From Promethearchaeota archaeon (GTDB lineage Archaea; Asgardarchaeota; Lokiarchaeia; Sigyniarchaeales; SOKP01): a stretch of 64,000 nucleotides of DNA. The stretch is taken from contig JABCSY010000007.1 of the NCBI GenBank assembly GCA_018238625.1, positions 1 through 64,000 on the forward strand, in the 5' to 3' direction. The notes beneath the pieces were generated by a model. The model saw nothing but the letters and a program-made list of their open reading frames with translations, was not told the DNA's origin and did no database searches. The translations under genes and the position numbers were made by a program. Positions 43,399 to 54,539 of the stretch are shown one piece after another. Numbering within the stretch: position 1 is the first letter of the stretch; each line of letters starts with the position of its first letter.

Positions 43399-43527
43399 AA
43401 CTTTTAACAGAGCAGTTAGCGAAGATAACGAAGATAATTTCATAATTCTTAATTAGTAATTAGAAAATGTAATGGTTGATAAATACATAGCATAAAGCAG
43501 GAAAATTTGTGAAAAAAGGTTGAAAAA

Positions 43528-43737
43528 ATGCTAATAAAATGTCCAAATTGCGGAGCTGAATATTCTTATGGTAGAAATATTTGCCATATTTGCGATAATA
43601 ATATAATCTTCTTTGGTGCGATGTTTGGAAAGAAGCGAAAAAAATATCAATGGAATTGTGATACAGTAAAGAAAAAGAATCCCGAAACCAATATTCCAGT
43701 CATAGCCATCGTGAGTGGAATTACCCGCACGACATAG
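43528..43737 (+). CDS. Small zinc-ribbon protein
   Basis: CPNCG...CHIC. Confidence 0.6.
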   Translation: MLIKCPNCGAEYSYGRNICHICDNNIIFFGAMFGKKRKKYQWNCDTVKKKNPETNIPVIAIVSGITRTT

Positions 43738-43855
43738 TAACCAAAAGCCCTTGCCATGGGCGCTTCCCATGCTGATTACATGGCCGTGGCAAGGGTAATA
43801 ACTATGGTTAGTAAGATCTAGCTGTGAAAAATATAGGTAATATCTTAACTAGCCA
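43709..43855 (+). ncRNA. Candidate structured RNA element
   Basis: 12-bp stem CCCTTGCCATGG/CCGTGGCAAGGG with G-U pair favouring + strand; several additional helices. Confidence 0.55.
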
Positions 43856-43948
43856 AATATCAACTAAGATCTCTTGATTAATTAAGTGAATAAATTCTAA
43901 AAATAGAATAAAAATAATATAAGAATAAATAAGATAAGAGAAAAAAAA

Positions 43949-45754
43949 TTAATCCATTACTTTTTCAAATTCATTAACAAATTCTTCGATTTGCTTTATC
44001 CCTAGCTTCCAAAAGTCGGGTTTGGTTATATCTAAACCAACAATATCGCCTAACTCAACAGGAGATAAACTTCCTCCCGCACTTAAAAGTTTCTTAAATT
44101 TAGGGATAAAAGACTGACCTTCTTCCTTGTACTTTCGATATAAAGCAAATACAAAAAGTTGGGCGTATACGTAGGGGTAATTGTAAAATCGAAAATTCGG
44201 CTGATAATAATGGGGTTTCATAGTCCATTCCCATATTAATTCAACGAACCACTCAACAGAGTCACCGTATATTCTATCTCTTCCAGCACACCAGTATTTC
44301 GAGATTGTTGGACCATCTAAATTTTCGCCGTTTTCGATCGCATCGTATAAACTTTGTTCAAACCATAAGCGCCCACTTACTTGAAACGCTGCTTGACCTG
44401 CGTCGTCTAACACATGTGCTAAAAGCGCCCTTTTTTCTTCGTTACTTTCTGCTTTCTTTAGTAAAAGATCCGTCATTAAAAGCTCGCCAAATGTGGAGGC
44501 AGTTTCAGCAACCGTATATCCTGGGAAGCCGTTAAAGTACGATTGTTCGTCTGAAGCAAGATAAGCGTGAATCGCGTGACCAAGCTCGTGAGCAAGAGTG
44601 TAAATTTCATTTAAGGCACCTGTAAACGATAGTAAAATAAAGGCAGATTTTCCTTTGCTCCAAGAGTCGCAATATGCTCCATTTCTTTTTCCTTTTCTTA
44701 CAGCAGCGTCTATATGTTTTTTTGTGAACATATCATTAACATATTTCTCAAAATCTTTATCGACATTTCCGTAAGCTTCTAAAACAAGTTCTTTTGCTTC
44801 AGTCCAAGAACGATTTTTCATTGAAGGCGATTTAATAGGTGCTCGAACATCAGCACAAGTAAGTTTAGGTAAATTCATAAGTTTTGCTTTAAGTTTTAAA
44901 TACTTTCGATAAACGCCTACATTTTCCTCTATAACATTCATCAAATTGTCAATAATAATTCGTGTTGTATCATTTGTAATAAGGCTCTGATGCATTGGAC
45001 TATCGTATTTACGCCTTTTGGTAATTTTCATCCAATCTGAACAAATATTTCTGAGCGCTGTGGAAAAAACTTCCTGATCTTTACCTAATAAACTATAGAT
45101 AGATTTGTTAGCAGAGATCCTCGTTGCTCTATCGGGATGAGTTATTAAACTATTTGCCTCTCCATAAGATAAAGATTTCTTTTCTCCTTCTACTTCGACC
45201 TCAAATTCCCTAGTATTTAACCATTTACCCTGCAAACTGCTCCATGCTTTTATTCCATATTGGTCCTTCTCTAAGATCAATTGTTCCTCAACCTCTGAGA
45301 GTTGATGTGGAACATCTCTTCTAATCTTCTCTAAAAAATGTTTATAGTCTTTTAATATTGGATCATCAACCAATTCTTTTCGACCATAAACAAGCTTACC
45401 GATTTCCAAATCAAAAAAAGCCAGTTTCTTGGAAGTATCAGTGTTAAAGTCATCAATTTTATTTTTTAGCGCCTCTAATTCTGGAATTGTCATGTTCGCA
45501 TCGTACGACCTATGAGAAAATAACGCTAATTCTTCGAGATTTTCGTAAAAATCTTCTTGCTTCTTAAATAACTCGTATAAATCCTTAGCTGAAAAACTCG
45601 GTACGTTTAATTTTCCTTTAAACGTCTTTACAAAATCTTCCACTTGTTTATGAAGCGAGTCCATAGTCTTGGAAATTCTTGGATCATCGTGACCCAAAAA
45701 TATTTCAGATAAATCCCACGCAATTTCGGTTTCTTTTTTATTCATAATAATCAA
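43949..45754 (-). CDS. pepF: Oligoendopeptidase F (M3B)
   Basis: WDLSEIF, GKRNGAYC, TLAHELGHAIH, AETAS, FYNYPY. Confidence 0.93.
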   Translation of the reverse strand: MIIMNKKETEIAWDLSEIFLGHDDPRISKTMDSLHKQVEDFVKTFKGKLNVPSFSAKDLYELFKKQEDFYENLEELALFSHRSYDANMTIPELEALKNKIDDFNTDTSKKLAFFDLEIGKLVYGRKELVDDPILKDYKHFLEKIRRDVPHQLSEVEEQLILEKDQYGIKAWSSLQGKWLNTREFEVEVEGEKKSLSYGEANSLITHPDRATRISANKSIYSLLGKDQEVFSTALRNICSDWMKITKRRKYDSPMHQSLITNDTTRIIIDNLMNVIEENVGVYRKYLKLKAKLMNLPKLTCADVRAPIKSPSMKNRSWTEAKELVLEAYGNVDKDFEKYVNDMFTKKHIDAAVRKGKRNGAYCDSWSKGKSAFILLSFTGALNEIYTLAHELGHAIHAYLASDEQSYFNGFPGYTVAETASTFGELLMTDLLLKKAESNEEKRALLAHVLDDAGQAAFQVSGRLWFEQSLYDAIENGENLDGPTISKYWCAGRDRIYGDSVEWFVELIWEWTMKPHYYQPNFRFYNYPYVYAQLFVFALYRKYKEEGQSFIPKFKKLLSAGGSLSPVELGDIVGLDITKPDFWKLGIKQIEEFVNEFEKVMD

Positions 45755-45857
45755 GTTGTCATAAATTCTAAAAAATAAAAATCTTATCTTTATAGAAAAA
45801 CGATCCTAATAAATTGGTTAAGTAAATTAAGCTAATCAATAGAGTTTCGTAAACAAA

Positions 45858-47417
45858 TTATTCGTACTCAATTGTACTGGGAGGTTTGTTTGAGATGTCG
45901 TAAACTACTCTATTTATTCCTTTTACGTCGTTAATTATCCGGGTTCCAATTTTGTCCAAAAGTTCCCAATCTAATTTTGCAAAATTAGCAGTCATAGCAT
46001 CTATCGATTCGACGACTCTTATGGCACATATATACTCGTAAGTACGGAAGTCGCCCATTATTCCTACCGTCTTTAAAGGTAAGAATACGCAAAAAGCTTG
46101 CCAAAGGGCATCATAAACGCCCGCTTTTTTGATCTCTTCGATTAAAATCTCATCTGCTTCTCTTAGAATTGCAAGTTTCTCTTTGTCAATCGCCCCGATA
46201 ATCCTTACGGCCAACCCTGGACCGGGAAAAGGATGTCGCCTTATAATCTCTTCTGGTAAACCCAGTTGTAACCCTATTTTTCTAACTTCATCTTTGTACA
46301 AATCTTTCAAGGGTTCAATAATTTTTAACTTCATATCGTCAGGTAAAGTCAAGTTATGGTGTGACTTGATTTTTACCGAAGATTTACTCGTAGCGCTTGT
46401 TTCTACACGATCGGGATAAATAGTCCCTTGAGCGAGAAATTTAATGTCTGGATGTTCTTCTTCTAACTCAATTGTTTTTTTTTCAAAGACTTCGATAAAA
46501 GTATGACCAATAATTCTTCTTTTTTCTTCAGGATCTTCAATATTTTTTAACCTTTCTAAAAATAAGTCTTCCGCGTCGATGTAATGGAAGTTTTCAAAAC
46601 TTAACTCGTGTTTGAACGTTTCTTGAACCTCAAGGTCCTCGTTTTTTCTTAATACTCCATTGTTGACAAAAATGCTATGTAACCGATTTCCAATCGCTTT
46701 TTGGAGCAAAATCGCTACAACGGAGGAATCAACACCCCCACTTAAACCCAAAATCACCCTATCGGTCGAACCAATTTCACTTCTAATTTTTTCGATTGTG
46801 CTTTCTATCCAATTCTCTAACTTCCATTCTTTCTTCGCTTTTACAATGTTCAAAACGAAGTTCTTCAAAATTGTAATCCCCTTTTGCGTATGGATAACTT
46901 CAGGGTGAAATTGAACGCCGAATAAGTTCAAACTTTCATTTGCATACGCCGCAATGGGACAAGTAATTGTTTTTGCTAATACTTCGAAACCGTTTGGCAT
47001 AGATTCGACTTGGTCTCCGTGAGACATCCACACTATCTCCTTCTTTCCTAAAGATTCGAATAGATTCTTAGGCTTAAGTATTTCTAACTCCGTTTTACCG
47101 TATTCTTTCCGGTTAAATGGCTTTATTTTTCCACCTAATTGGTGAATTATCAAGTGTAAGCCGTAACAGATTCCCAAAACAGGTATTTTTTCTTCTTTTA
47201 CAAAACTAAAGAAACTCATTGTTAGTTGTGGACTATCCTGCTCGTAGACGCTACTTGGACCACCAGAAAGAATAATCCCTTTTGGGTTTACCCTTTTTAA
47301 TTCTCCAATAGAGACGTCGTATGGTAAAATTTCTGAATATATTCCTAAATCTCTAATACGTCTAGCTATAAGGTGCGTATATTGAGAACCCATATCTATT
47401 ACGCAGATTTTATCCAT
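45858..47417 (-). CDS. guaA: GMP synthase (full-length, GATase + ATPPase)
   Basis: GSQYTHLIARR, GICYG, QFHPE, SGGVDS, KSHHN, KPPSTIEYE. Confidence 0.97.
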   Translation of the reverse strand: MDKICVIDMGSQYTHLIARRIRDLGIYSEILPYDVSIGELKRVNPKGIILSGGPSSVYEQDSPQLTMSFFSFVKEEKIPVLGICYGLHLIIHQLGGKIKPFNRKEYGKTELEILKPKNLFESLGKKEIVWMSHGDQVESMPNGFEVLAKTITCPIAAYANESLNLFGVQFHPEVIHTQKGITILKNFVLNIVKAKKEWKLENWIESTIEKIRSEIGSTDRVILGLSGGVDSSVVAILLQKAIGNRLHSIFVNNGVLRKNEDLEVQETFKHELSFENFHYIDAEDLFLERLKNIEDPEEKRRIIGHTFIEVFEKKTIELEEEHPDIKFLAQGTIYPDRVETSATSKSSVKIKSHHNLTLPDDMKLKIIEPLKDLYKDEVRKIGLQLGLPEEIIRRHPFPGPGLAVRIIGAIDKEKLAILREADEILIEEIKKAGVYDALWQAFCVFLPLKTVGIMGDFRTYEYICAIRVVESIDAMTANFAKLDWELLDKIGTRIINDVKGINRVVYDISNKPPSTIEYE

Positions 47418-47575
47418 AGAAAATTACTACTTTGTAATGTTGATTAAGTATCTATTAAATTGATAATTTAATTAACTTTTTCAATATAAAATATATATTG
47501 ATTTCCATCGTAAAAAATTAAATAAGAAAAAGTAAAAAGGATAAAAAAATCAAATTGAATTGATTTATTGGTCTT

Positions 47576-48826
47576 TTATAGCCAGCCTCTCAATTTCATA
47601 GCTTCAATAACTCTTTCAATAGCTATACTATAAGCTCCCATTCGATTATAAGTGTTATATTCTTTGGCATGGTCCACTGTAGAACGGTACGCATTAGTCA
47701 TTACTCTATCTAACGCTGTAAACACTTCTTTTTCTGTCCAGTAATATAGATAATATCCTTGCACCATTTCAAAGTAGGAAACAGTCACTCCACCAGCATT
47801 ACAAAGGAAATCGGGAATTACAAGAATCCCTTTTTCAAAAAGAACATTGTCTGCATCTGGGGTAGTTGGGCCATTTGCTAATTCAGCAATAATTTTACAA
47901 TTTATGTTCTCAACATTTTTACTGGTTATAACATTTTCAAGCGCTGCCGGTGCTAAAACATCAACTTCTAACTCTAACAACTCTTCGTTCGATATCTTCT
48001 GTGTTCCTTCTAAACCAACGACGGTTCTTGTTTTCTCTTTGTGTAATCCTGCCTTAAACGCGTCAAGTCCATCCTTGTTATATATTCCACCTTTAGAATC
48101 TGATACTGCTACTATTTTGCAATTGAAATCATTTTGTAGAATTTTTGCTGCCCAGGAACCCGCATTTCCGTAACCTTGAACCGCTACTGTGGCACCGTTT
48201 AGGTTTAACCCAATGTCTTTCGCAGCTTCTCTAACGGTATAAACGCCTCCTTGTGCAGTTGCTATTGAGCGCCCTGCGCTTCCTCCTATTGGCAAAGGTT
48301 TTCCCGTAATTATCGATGGAGCGTGCTTGCGAACAATAGTTTCGTACTCATCCATCATCCAAGCCATAATTTGGGGCGTTGTATAAACATCTGGGGCTGG
48401 TACATCAACATTAGGTCCTAAGACATCCGCTAGTTTTCTAATATAAGCCCTTGCAAGGTTTTCGATTTCTCTATTGCTCATCTCTTTAGGATTGCAGATA
48501 ATACCTCCTTTGGCACCCCCAAGCGGGATGTCAACAGTAGCACATTTCCAAGTCATCCACGCGCTTAATGCTTTCACAAGAGAAGCACTTTCTTCAGGAT
48601 GCCATCGAATACCGCCTTTCATTGGTCCTCTAGCGGAGTTATATTGAGACCTAAATCCTCTGAAGGTTTTTATAGAACCATCGTCCATTTTCATCGTAAG
48701 CTTAACTTCGACGAACCTTTCTGGCACACATAAAGCGTTATATATTTCGTCACCGTAGCCTTTTATCTTGCAAGCTTCAGCAAGCTGATGTTGGGAGATT
48801 TTAAAAGGGTCTAAAATTTCGCTCAT
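47576..48826 (-). CDS. gdhA: Glutamate dehydrogenase
   Basis: [33 protein letters not shown]. Confidence 0.95.
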   Translation of the reverse strand: MSEILDPFKISQHQLAEACKIKGYGDEIYNALCVPERFVEVKLTMKMDDGSIKTFRGFRSQYNSARGPMKGGIRWHPEESASLVKALSAWMTWKCATVDIPLGGAKGGIICNPKEMSNREIENLARAYIRKLADVLGPNVDVPAPDVYTTPQIMAWMMDEYETIVRKHAPSIITGKPLPIGGSAGRSIATAQGGVYTVREAAKDIGLNLNGATVAVQGYGNAGSWAAKILQNDFNCKIVAVSDSKGGIYNKDGLDAFKAGLHKEKTRTVVGLEGTQKISNEELLELEVDVLAPAALENVITSKNVENINCKIIAELANGPTTPDADNVLFEKGILVIPDFLCNAGGVTVSYFEMVQGYYLYYWTEKEVFTALDRVMTNAYRSTVDHAKEYNTYNRMGAYSIAIERVIEAMKLRGWL

Positions 48827-49111
48827 GTTTCATTCTTCCTTGTTTTTATTTTATTTTAGTTAAAAAATTTATAGATTAAGTAATTCAAAATGAACTATTT
48901 TATAATTTTTATTTATTTGATATTACTTTATTAAACAAATTTTAGTTTTAATAAGTTTTCTGTGGGTGTAAATTGGGAAAAAATAAGAATTATTAGCAAT
49001 AAATTAACTATTATAGTTGATAATCAGTTTATTTTTCTAAAACCATTAAATTAATATCTTAAATAGAAAAAATATATTATAACAAATTCCTAAATAAAAT
49101 GAGATTTCATA

Positions 49112-50368
49112 ATGATCGATAAAATAAACCCTTATGACGTGGTAAAAACCCAAATTGATATTGTTGCCAAAGAAATTGGATTAGATCCAAATGTAACAGA
49201 ATATCTTAAAAGAATTGAAAGAGCTTTAATTGTATCCATCCCAATTAAAATGGATAATGGATCGTTACAAATTTTTGAGGGATATAGAGTCCATCATTCT
49301 ACTGTTCGCGGTCCAGGCAAAGGAGGTATGAGATATTCCCCCCATGTTTATCTTGACGAGGTCAAAGCTCTTGCGACATGGATGACATGGAAAACTAGTT
49401 TATTAAATCTTCCTTTAGGTGGAGCAAAGGGCGGCGTTCGAGTAGATCCAAGGGAACTCTCCAAAAAAGAGTTAGAAAGACTTACTAGAAGATATACCGC
49501 TGAAATTATAAATGTAATAGGACCAGATATCGATATTCCCGCACCGGATGTTAATACTAACGCACAAATTATGGCATGGATGATGGATACTTACAGTATG
49601 CAAAAAGGGCGGTCAATTCCCGGTGTCGTTACGGGAAAACCAATCGAGATTGGTGGTTCTGTTGGCAGGCAAGCTGCTACTGGGACTGGACTATTTTTTG
49701 TACTTCAAGCTTTATGTGAAAAATTAGATTTAGACTTAAAACATTTAAAGATTGTAATTCAAGGGTTTGGTAATGTAGGATTTACGATTGCTGACCTACT
49801 TAATAAACACGGGTGCAAAGTTATAGCAGTTTCAGATGTATCAACTGGCATTTACTACGAAAACGGTTTGGATATAGAAAAGTTGGCAGCGTGGACTAAA
49901 CAAGGTAAATATTTGAAAGATTTTAAGGACGATAACTACACACTGATTAGTAATGACGAGTTACTAACGTCAAAATGCGATGTTTTAATCCCAGCCGCTA
50001 TAGAGAATCAAATTACGAGAGTAAACGCAGATAAAATTGCGAGTAAAATTGTTTTAGAAGGTGCAAATGGCCCCACAACTCCAGATGCTGACAAGATCCT
50101 ATTTAAGAAAGGAATACATGTAGTACCAGATATTCTTGCTAATAGTGGCGGAGTTTGCGTCTCTTACTTCGAGTATATCCAAGATATTAATTCATACTTT
50201 TGGAAACTTGATCGTATTAACGAAGAACTCAAAAGAATCATTATTGAAGCTTTCGAAGAAACATTTAAAATCTCAAAAGAAAGAAAGATCTCGCTTCGTA
50301 CAGCCGCCTACGTTATAGCGGTATCAAGAATCGCTAAAGCAATTGAATTAAGAGGGATTTTCCCTTAA
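49112..50368 (+). CDS. gdhA: Glutamate dehydrogenase (second paralogue)
   Basis: GPGKGGMRY, MTWK, GGAKGG, IPAPDV, GFGNVG. Confidence 0.95.
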   Translation: MIDKINPYDVVKTQIDIVAKEIGLDPNVTEYLKRIERALIVSIPIKMDNGSLQIFEGYRVHHSTVRGPGKGGMRYSPHVYLDEVKALATWMTWKTSLLNLPLGGAKGGVRVDPRELSKKELERLTRRYTAEIINVIGPDIDIPAPDVNTNAQIMAWMMDTYSMQKGRSIPGVVTGKPIEIGGSVGRQAATGTGLFFVLQALCEKLDLDLKHLKIVIQGFGNVGFTIADLLNKHGCKVIAVSDVSTGIYYENGLDIEKLAAWTKQGKYLKDFKDDNYTLISNDELLTSKCDVLIPAAIENQITRVNADKIASKIVLEGANGPTTPDADKILFKKGIHVVPDILANSGGVCVSYFEYIQDINSYFWKLDRINEELKRIIIEAFEETFKISKERKISLRTAAYVIAVSRIAKAIELRGIFP

Positions 50369-50392
50369 GTCATGTTTTTTATAACAATTTTT

Positions 50393-51712
50393 TTATGAAG
50401 TAAAGGGAATAAGTATTAATAAATAAAGACATGAAATTCCAATATGAATAAACGCAAACATAGCTCCTGTTTTTAACAACCTTTTATAACCTAGATTTTC
50501 AACGCCGCTATCTTTAGCAACTTTAAGAGTCATCATATCTGCTGCGGCACCGCTAGGTAAAATGTTCCCCCCTATATTTACAGCAACAATAAAGGCAAAA
50601 AGTAGAGGAACTCCTGGAAAGGTAAATTCTTCTATTAAAACTTCAATAATTGGCAAAAAGATCAATGCTATTGGCGTATTTGCTACAAATCCAGAAAGTA
50701 GGGAAACAAGAATAAGGATTATAAATACTGTTAATATAGGTCCAAAAGATTCGAAAGGAATCAAAGCAATAATGTCTCGGAAGCCCGCTTGTAACATGCA
50801 ATTGATAACCACATACATGGAGATGAAAAAGAATATTATTTCCCACTCAACGTCTTTTAAAATTTTTCCCATTGGTTTCTTTGTATATTTTCTATTAACT
50901 AAAACTAATATCACTGCTGAAATTGCAGCTGTAAGATATAGTAATGGCAATACGACAAATAAAACAATTGTAACGATTATAGCGATGCTATTAAAATAAA
51001 ACATTGTTTTACTTTTGATCATAACATCCGTACTTATCAGTTCTAACACGTACTCTCTCTGTTGCGCTTCAATCTCCGGCTCCTTTGAAAGCATTAACTT
51101 ATCTATCAAAAATATGGTTAAAAACAACAATACAAAAGAAAAAATCCAGAAATATTGGAAAAAAAAGACCGTATCAAGTGAAAACCAAGTAGAAATAATG
51201 ATATTCTCCCCGCTTGAGAAGGGAGTTATGATACTACCTATGTTAATACATACCGTCATTCCTAATAAGTAAGTACCAGCTCTTATTTTTAAGAAATGAC
51301 AAAGGCGAACGACTACAGGTGCTAAAATAATAATCACGACTACATCGCTGATAACGGCTGCCAATAATGTAGTAATAACACAAAGTAGATAAAGAAAATA
51401 TCGTTGGTTTCCTCTTGAAATTTTAAAAATCTTCACGGCTAGATATTCTAACACGTTTGAATCTTGAGCAATCTTAGATATAATACTCATGCTCATTATA
51501 ATTATAATTGCTTGCCATTCAATGGATAACACAAAATTATCGAACCAATTGTCAAAACCCAACGGCACCCCCAACACCAGACCAGTAACAAACGCTGCTA
51601 CGAACATACATATAAGGGAGACTGCTACAAAATCTACATCTTTCATAGAGTAACTTGCAATAATTAATGCAAAAACAATAAAAACAAAAGTTAGTAGAAG
51701 AGGATTAATCAT
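50393..51712 (-). CDS. ArsB/NhaD/SLC13-type ion transporter
   Basis: NIGSIITPFSSGENII, SGFVANTP, NIGGNILPSGAAA. Confidence 0.85.
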   Translation of the reverse strand: MINPLLLTFVFIVFALIIASYSMKDVDFVAVSLICMFVAAFVTGLVLGVPLGFDNWFDNFVLSIEWQAIIIIMSMSIISKIAQDSNVLEYLAVKIFKISRGNQRYFLYLLCVITTLLAAVISDVVVIIILAPVVVRLCHFLKIRAGTYLLGMTVCINIGSIITPFSSGENIIISTWFSLDTVFFFQYFWIFSFVLLFLTIFLIDKLMLSKEPEIEAQQREYVLELISTDVMIKSKTMFYFNSIAIIVTIVLFVVLPLLYLTAAISAVILVLVNRKYTKKPMGKILKDVEWEIIFFFISMYVVINCMLQAGFRDIIALIPFESFGPILTVFIILILVSLLSGFVANTPIALIFLPIIEVLIEEFTFPGVPLLFAFIVAVNIGGNILPSGAAADMMTLKVAKDSGVENLGYKRLLKTGAMFAFIHIGISCLYLLILIPFTS

Positions 51713-51836
51713 TTCTCTAAATTAAGATGTGAGTTTTTTAATAATTATGTTTAATTTAATAATTTATTAATTAATAAACCTAATTAAAATATGTTTTCAA
51801 GGTTTTTAGAATGCATAAATTATTACTTAGAGAAAA

Positions 51837-52685
51837 TTATTTTAATAAAAAAAGTTGTAAAAGAAATTTGAACAAATTTAGTTCATTAAGGAGAGAAAAG
51901 TTAGATATTAAATATTCAAAAATATTCTCTTCTATAAAATAATGTAAACTAACATAATATCCCTCTTGTTTTTTAATCATTTCAACAATCCTTCTTACTA
52001 AATTTATAATTTGCTTTTCAACTACCAGCATGTCGCATTTAGTAGGGTCAATATTAATGATATTAATTCCAGTAGCGTGGTTAAATGAAAATTTGCTTAA
52101 TTCAGAATTGTTCTTCACGTAATCATTACTTAGATAATGTTCAAACATAGATTCGATTTGAGAATTAATCGTTTCTTTTTTTTCAGCAGGAAAATGAGCT
52201 TCAATTAGATTTGTTAGCAAATTTAAAATTTGTTGAAACACACCTAAAATATCGAAATATTCTGCGATCGTTGTGATATTTTCGGCCGTTAACCACTGCG
52301 CATAGTATTCATCGATAACATCTTTAAAAGGGCTAAAAAGATCTGTATCGCCTTTCCATACAGAGGACCAGTTTTCTTTATCTCCAGAAACATACTTATC
52401 AAGAAAGGTTTGCATGATAACATTAAGCCGAGCCTTTAGCATATTTGCACCTATAGTTTTCTCAGATGCCGCAATAAACAGCAGCTTAGCCTCATTATCC
52501 TCTAAATAGGACCATCGGAGACCTCCCATCTCAATACTTTCTATACCTTGTTTAAATTCATAAGTAGTAAATTGATTTAATGCAGCTAAAAGACCACTGA
52601 TCAAGTCCTCATCTAAAATCAAGTCCATATACGGTTTATATAATAAGGTTATTCCGCTTTCAGAATCTAAAATCCAGATATTCAT
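51837..52685 (-). CDS. Longin-like domain protein (Asgard type)
   Basis: IWILDSESGITLLY...DLISGLLAALNQF...IESIEMG. Confidence 0.75.
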   Translation of the reverse strand: MNIWILDSESGITLLYKPYMDLILDEDLISGLLAALNQFTTYEFKQGIESIEMGGLRWSYLEDNEAKLLFIAASEKTIGANMLKARLNVIMQTFLDKYVSGDKENWSSVWKGDTDLFSPFKDVIDEYYAQWLTAENITTIAEYFDILGVFQQILNLLTNLIEAHFPAEKKETINSQIESMFEHYLSNDYVKNNSELSKFSFNHATGINIINIDPTKCDMLVVEKQIINLVRRIVEMIKKQEGYYVSLHYFIEENIFEYLISNFSLLNELNLFKFLLQLFLLK

Positions 52686-52883
52686 TTTTCCAAAAACCCA
52701 GTGTTATTAGAGGTTATCTCTAATTATCTCTAATTATATAGCTTATATATTACGGGCTTATAAATTATTTTTTTTAAATAAAATTTTAAATAATTTTATC
52801 AAAATCTTAATATTAACCACTTGAACTTTAACTTTTTTTTAAGAAACTTTAGGCTCAAATCTATTGGTTTTAACCTGTATTTT

Positions 52884-53378
52884 TTATAGGAAATCTTTCA
52901 GATCTTTTGTTTTGCAATATTTTTCTACATTTCTCATCATTTCGGTAATTTTAGTTTGAAGTGTAAAATCTGCTACACTGCCTATCAAACTGAGGAAATC
53001 GCTACTTAAAGCAAAATTCCCCACAAAGACACCTAGTTTAGTTTTAGTAGGAGACAAAGCCTTCATTCGCATCCGACCTTCTAATTGTTTAATATCTTTA
53101 TTATTTCTAACGTTAAATTCAACTAATCGCCCCTTTCCTTCGATCTCGCCTTTGTCTGAAAGCACTAATTCGCCCTCCATCTCAATTGGAATGTGAACTA
53201 CATCTATCTCGTCGTAAATTTTAGTATACAACACATTAGGTGCTATAAATTTAGCTTCCATTTTCTTAGATGGGTTAATAGTTTCCCAAAACTCAGCTTT
53301 AAATAGTGCTTGAGAAAGGATATCCTTATTACAATTGTCAATTTCTAAAACTTTTGTAATTTTGGCCATGGTTAACAC
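52884..53378 (-). CDS. Hypothetical protein, possibly SRPBCC/START-like fold
   Basis: 164 aa; N-terminal strand-helix, beta-rich core, C-terminal helix. Confidence 0.6.
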   Translation of the reverse strand: MLTMAKITKVLEIDNCNKDILSQALFKAEFWETINPSKKMEAKFIAPNVLYTKIYDEIDVVHIPIEMEGELVLSDKGEIEGKGRLVEFNVRNNKDIKQLEGRMRMKALSPTKTKLGVFVGNFALSSDFLSLIGSVADFTLQTKITEMMRNVEKYCKTKDLKDFL

Positions 53379-53537
53379 ATATATATCTATTTAGTATGAT
53401 TTACTAATACATCGAAAGTTTATAATCTTTTATATAACAATTATTGAGTCAAGAAAGTTAACTCGGCCTTAGGATTACTTTTTAAAATCATAGTTTATAC
53501 TAATAAAAAGAGCTTGAAACAAGTTTTTTCCATAAAA

Positions 53538-53744
53538 TTAATTATCCCGGAAAATTCTTGACTTTTCTTCATCTCGTTCCTCTTTGCAGTGAGGACAAAT
53601 CCACGTCTTATCGTTCTTTTTTACCGAATTTAAGCAAACATCGCAAACAGTGATATCGCATATGCAATAATGGCATTTATCTAATATATCTTTACAATCC
53701 TTCCCGCATATGTAACAATTAGGAGGGCTTTTGGTTTTGGACAT
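53538..53744 (-). CDS. Stand-alone C4C4 RING-like zinc finger
   Basis: C-x2-C-x13-C-x-C-x4-C-x2-C-x12-C-x2-C. Confidence 0.75.
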   Translation of the reverse strand: MSKTKSPPNCYICGKDCKDILDKCHYCICDITVCDVCLNSVKKNDKTWICPHCKEERDEEKSRIFRDN

Positions 53745-53844
53745 TTTAAGTTTATATTTTAAATTCTTTTAATTATTATAATATTGATTATTATGAATAT
53801 TACTAATTAAATTTAACAAAATTATTTTTAGCAATATTAGCAAA

Positions 53845-54030
53845 ATGGACAAACTAAAATCGCGAGTTCAATTGCTTTCGCTTTTTATAATTTTTTTTAT
53901 ATATAAGGCTATAGCGGGTATTGTTGGTAATAATTTCTCTGAATCCGTTCTATGGTTTATGTTTTCTATTGTTTATGCTATATCTCTTACGATCTTATAT
54001 TTTACTTATAAAAAAAGGCAAATTTCATAG
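53845..54030 (+). CDS. Small 2-TM membrane protein
   Basis: 61 aa with two hydrophobic segments. Confidence 0.6.
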   Translation: MDKLKSRVQLLSLFIIFFIYKAIAGIVGNNFSESVLWFMFSIVYAISLTILYFTYKKRQIS

Positions 54031-54089
54031 TTTAATTAATATTGACTAAGAAAATTAATAGATTGTTGATCTTCTTTGAAATGTCTTAT

Positions 54090-54374
54090 TCATTTCTTAG
54101 TCTTTTTTTTAAAAATATCCGGAATTAAACCCTCAATTCCAAAACGGTCCATAATAGTATCACTAATATCGACTTTAACTTTCATATCTTGCATAGCTTT
54201 TAACGATTCTCCTAACATTTTGGTGAAGCTCTCGCTCATTTCTTTAACAGCATTGGAAGTCAATTGAAGGGATTCCCGAATAGCAAGATTTGTCTCGTGT
54301 AATTCTAAAGTCATTTTTTCCATGCTTTTCCTCATTTCTGACATCTCATCTTTTAATCCCATTATCAATACCAA
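54090..54374 (-). CDS. Small coiled-coil protein
   Basis: Met/Glu/Lys-rich heptads. Confidence 0.7.
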   Translation of the reverse strand: MVLIMGLKDEMSEMRKSMEKMTLELHETNLAIRESLQLTSNAVKEMSESFTKMLGESLKAMQDMKVKVDISDTIMDRFGIEGLIPDIFKKKTKK

Positions 54375-54539
54375 TTTTAACTTATTTTATATTTTTTAAT
54401 AGTTTTGTAAATGAATGAAGTACTTAAATTTTTTACTTAAATGGAAAAGTAATCTCTTATAATTATTAAATATAACAATTACTCTTTTAAGATTGCTTAA
54501 TTATATTCAAAATAACTAATAAAATAAAAATAAATCAAA

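Noticed and set aside
43760-43830. Hammerhead ribozyme
   Set aside because: CUGAUUA is not CUGANGA, and the GAAA and stems do not fit the core
52713-52737. TTATCTCTAA tandem repeat
   Set aside because: Only ~2.5 copies in AT-rich DNA
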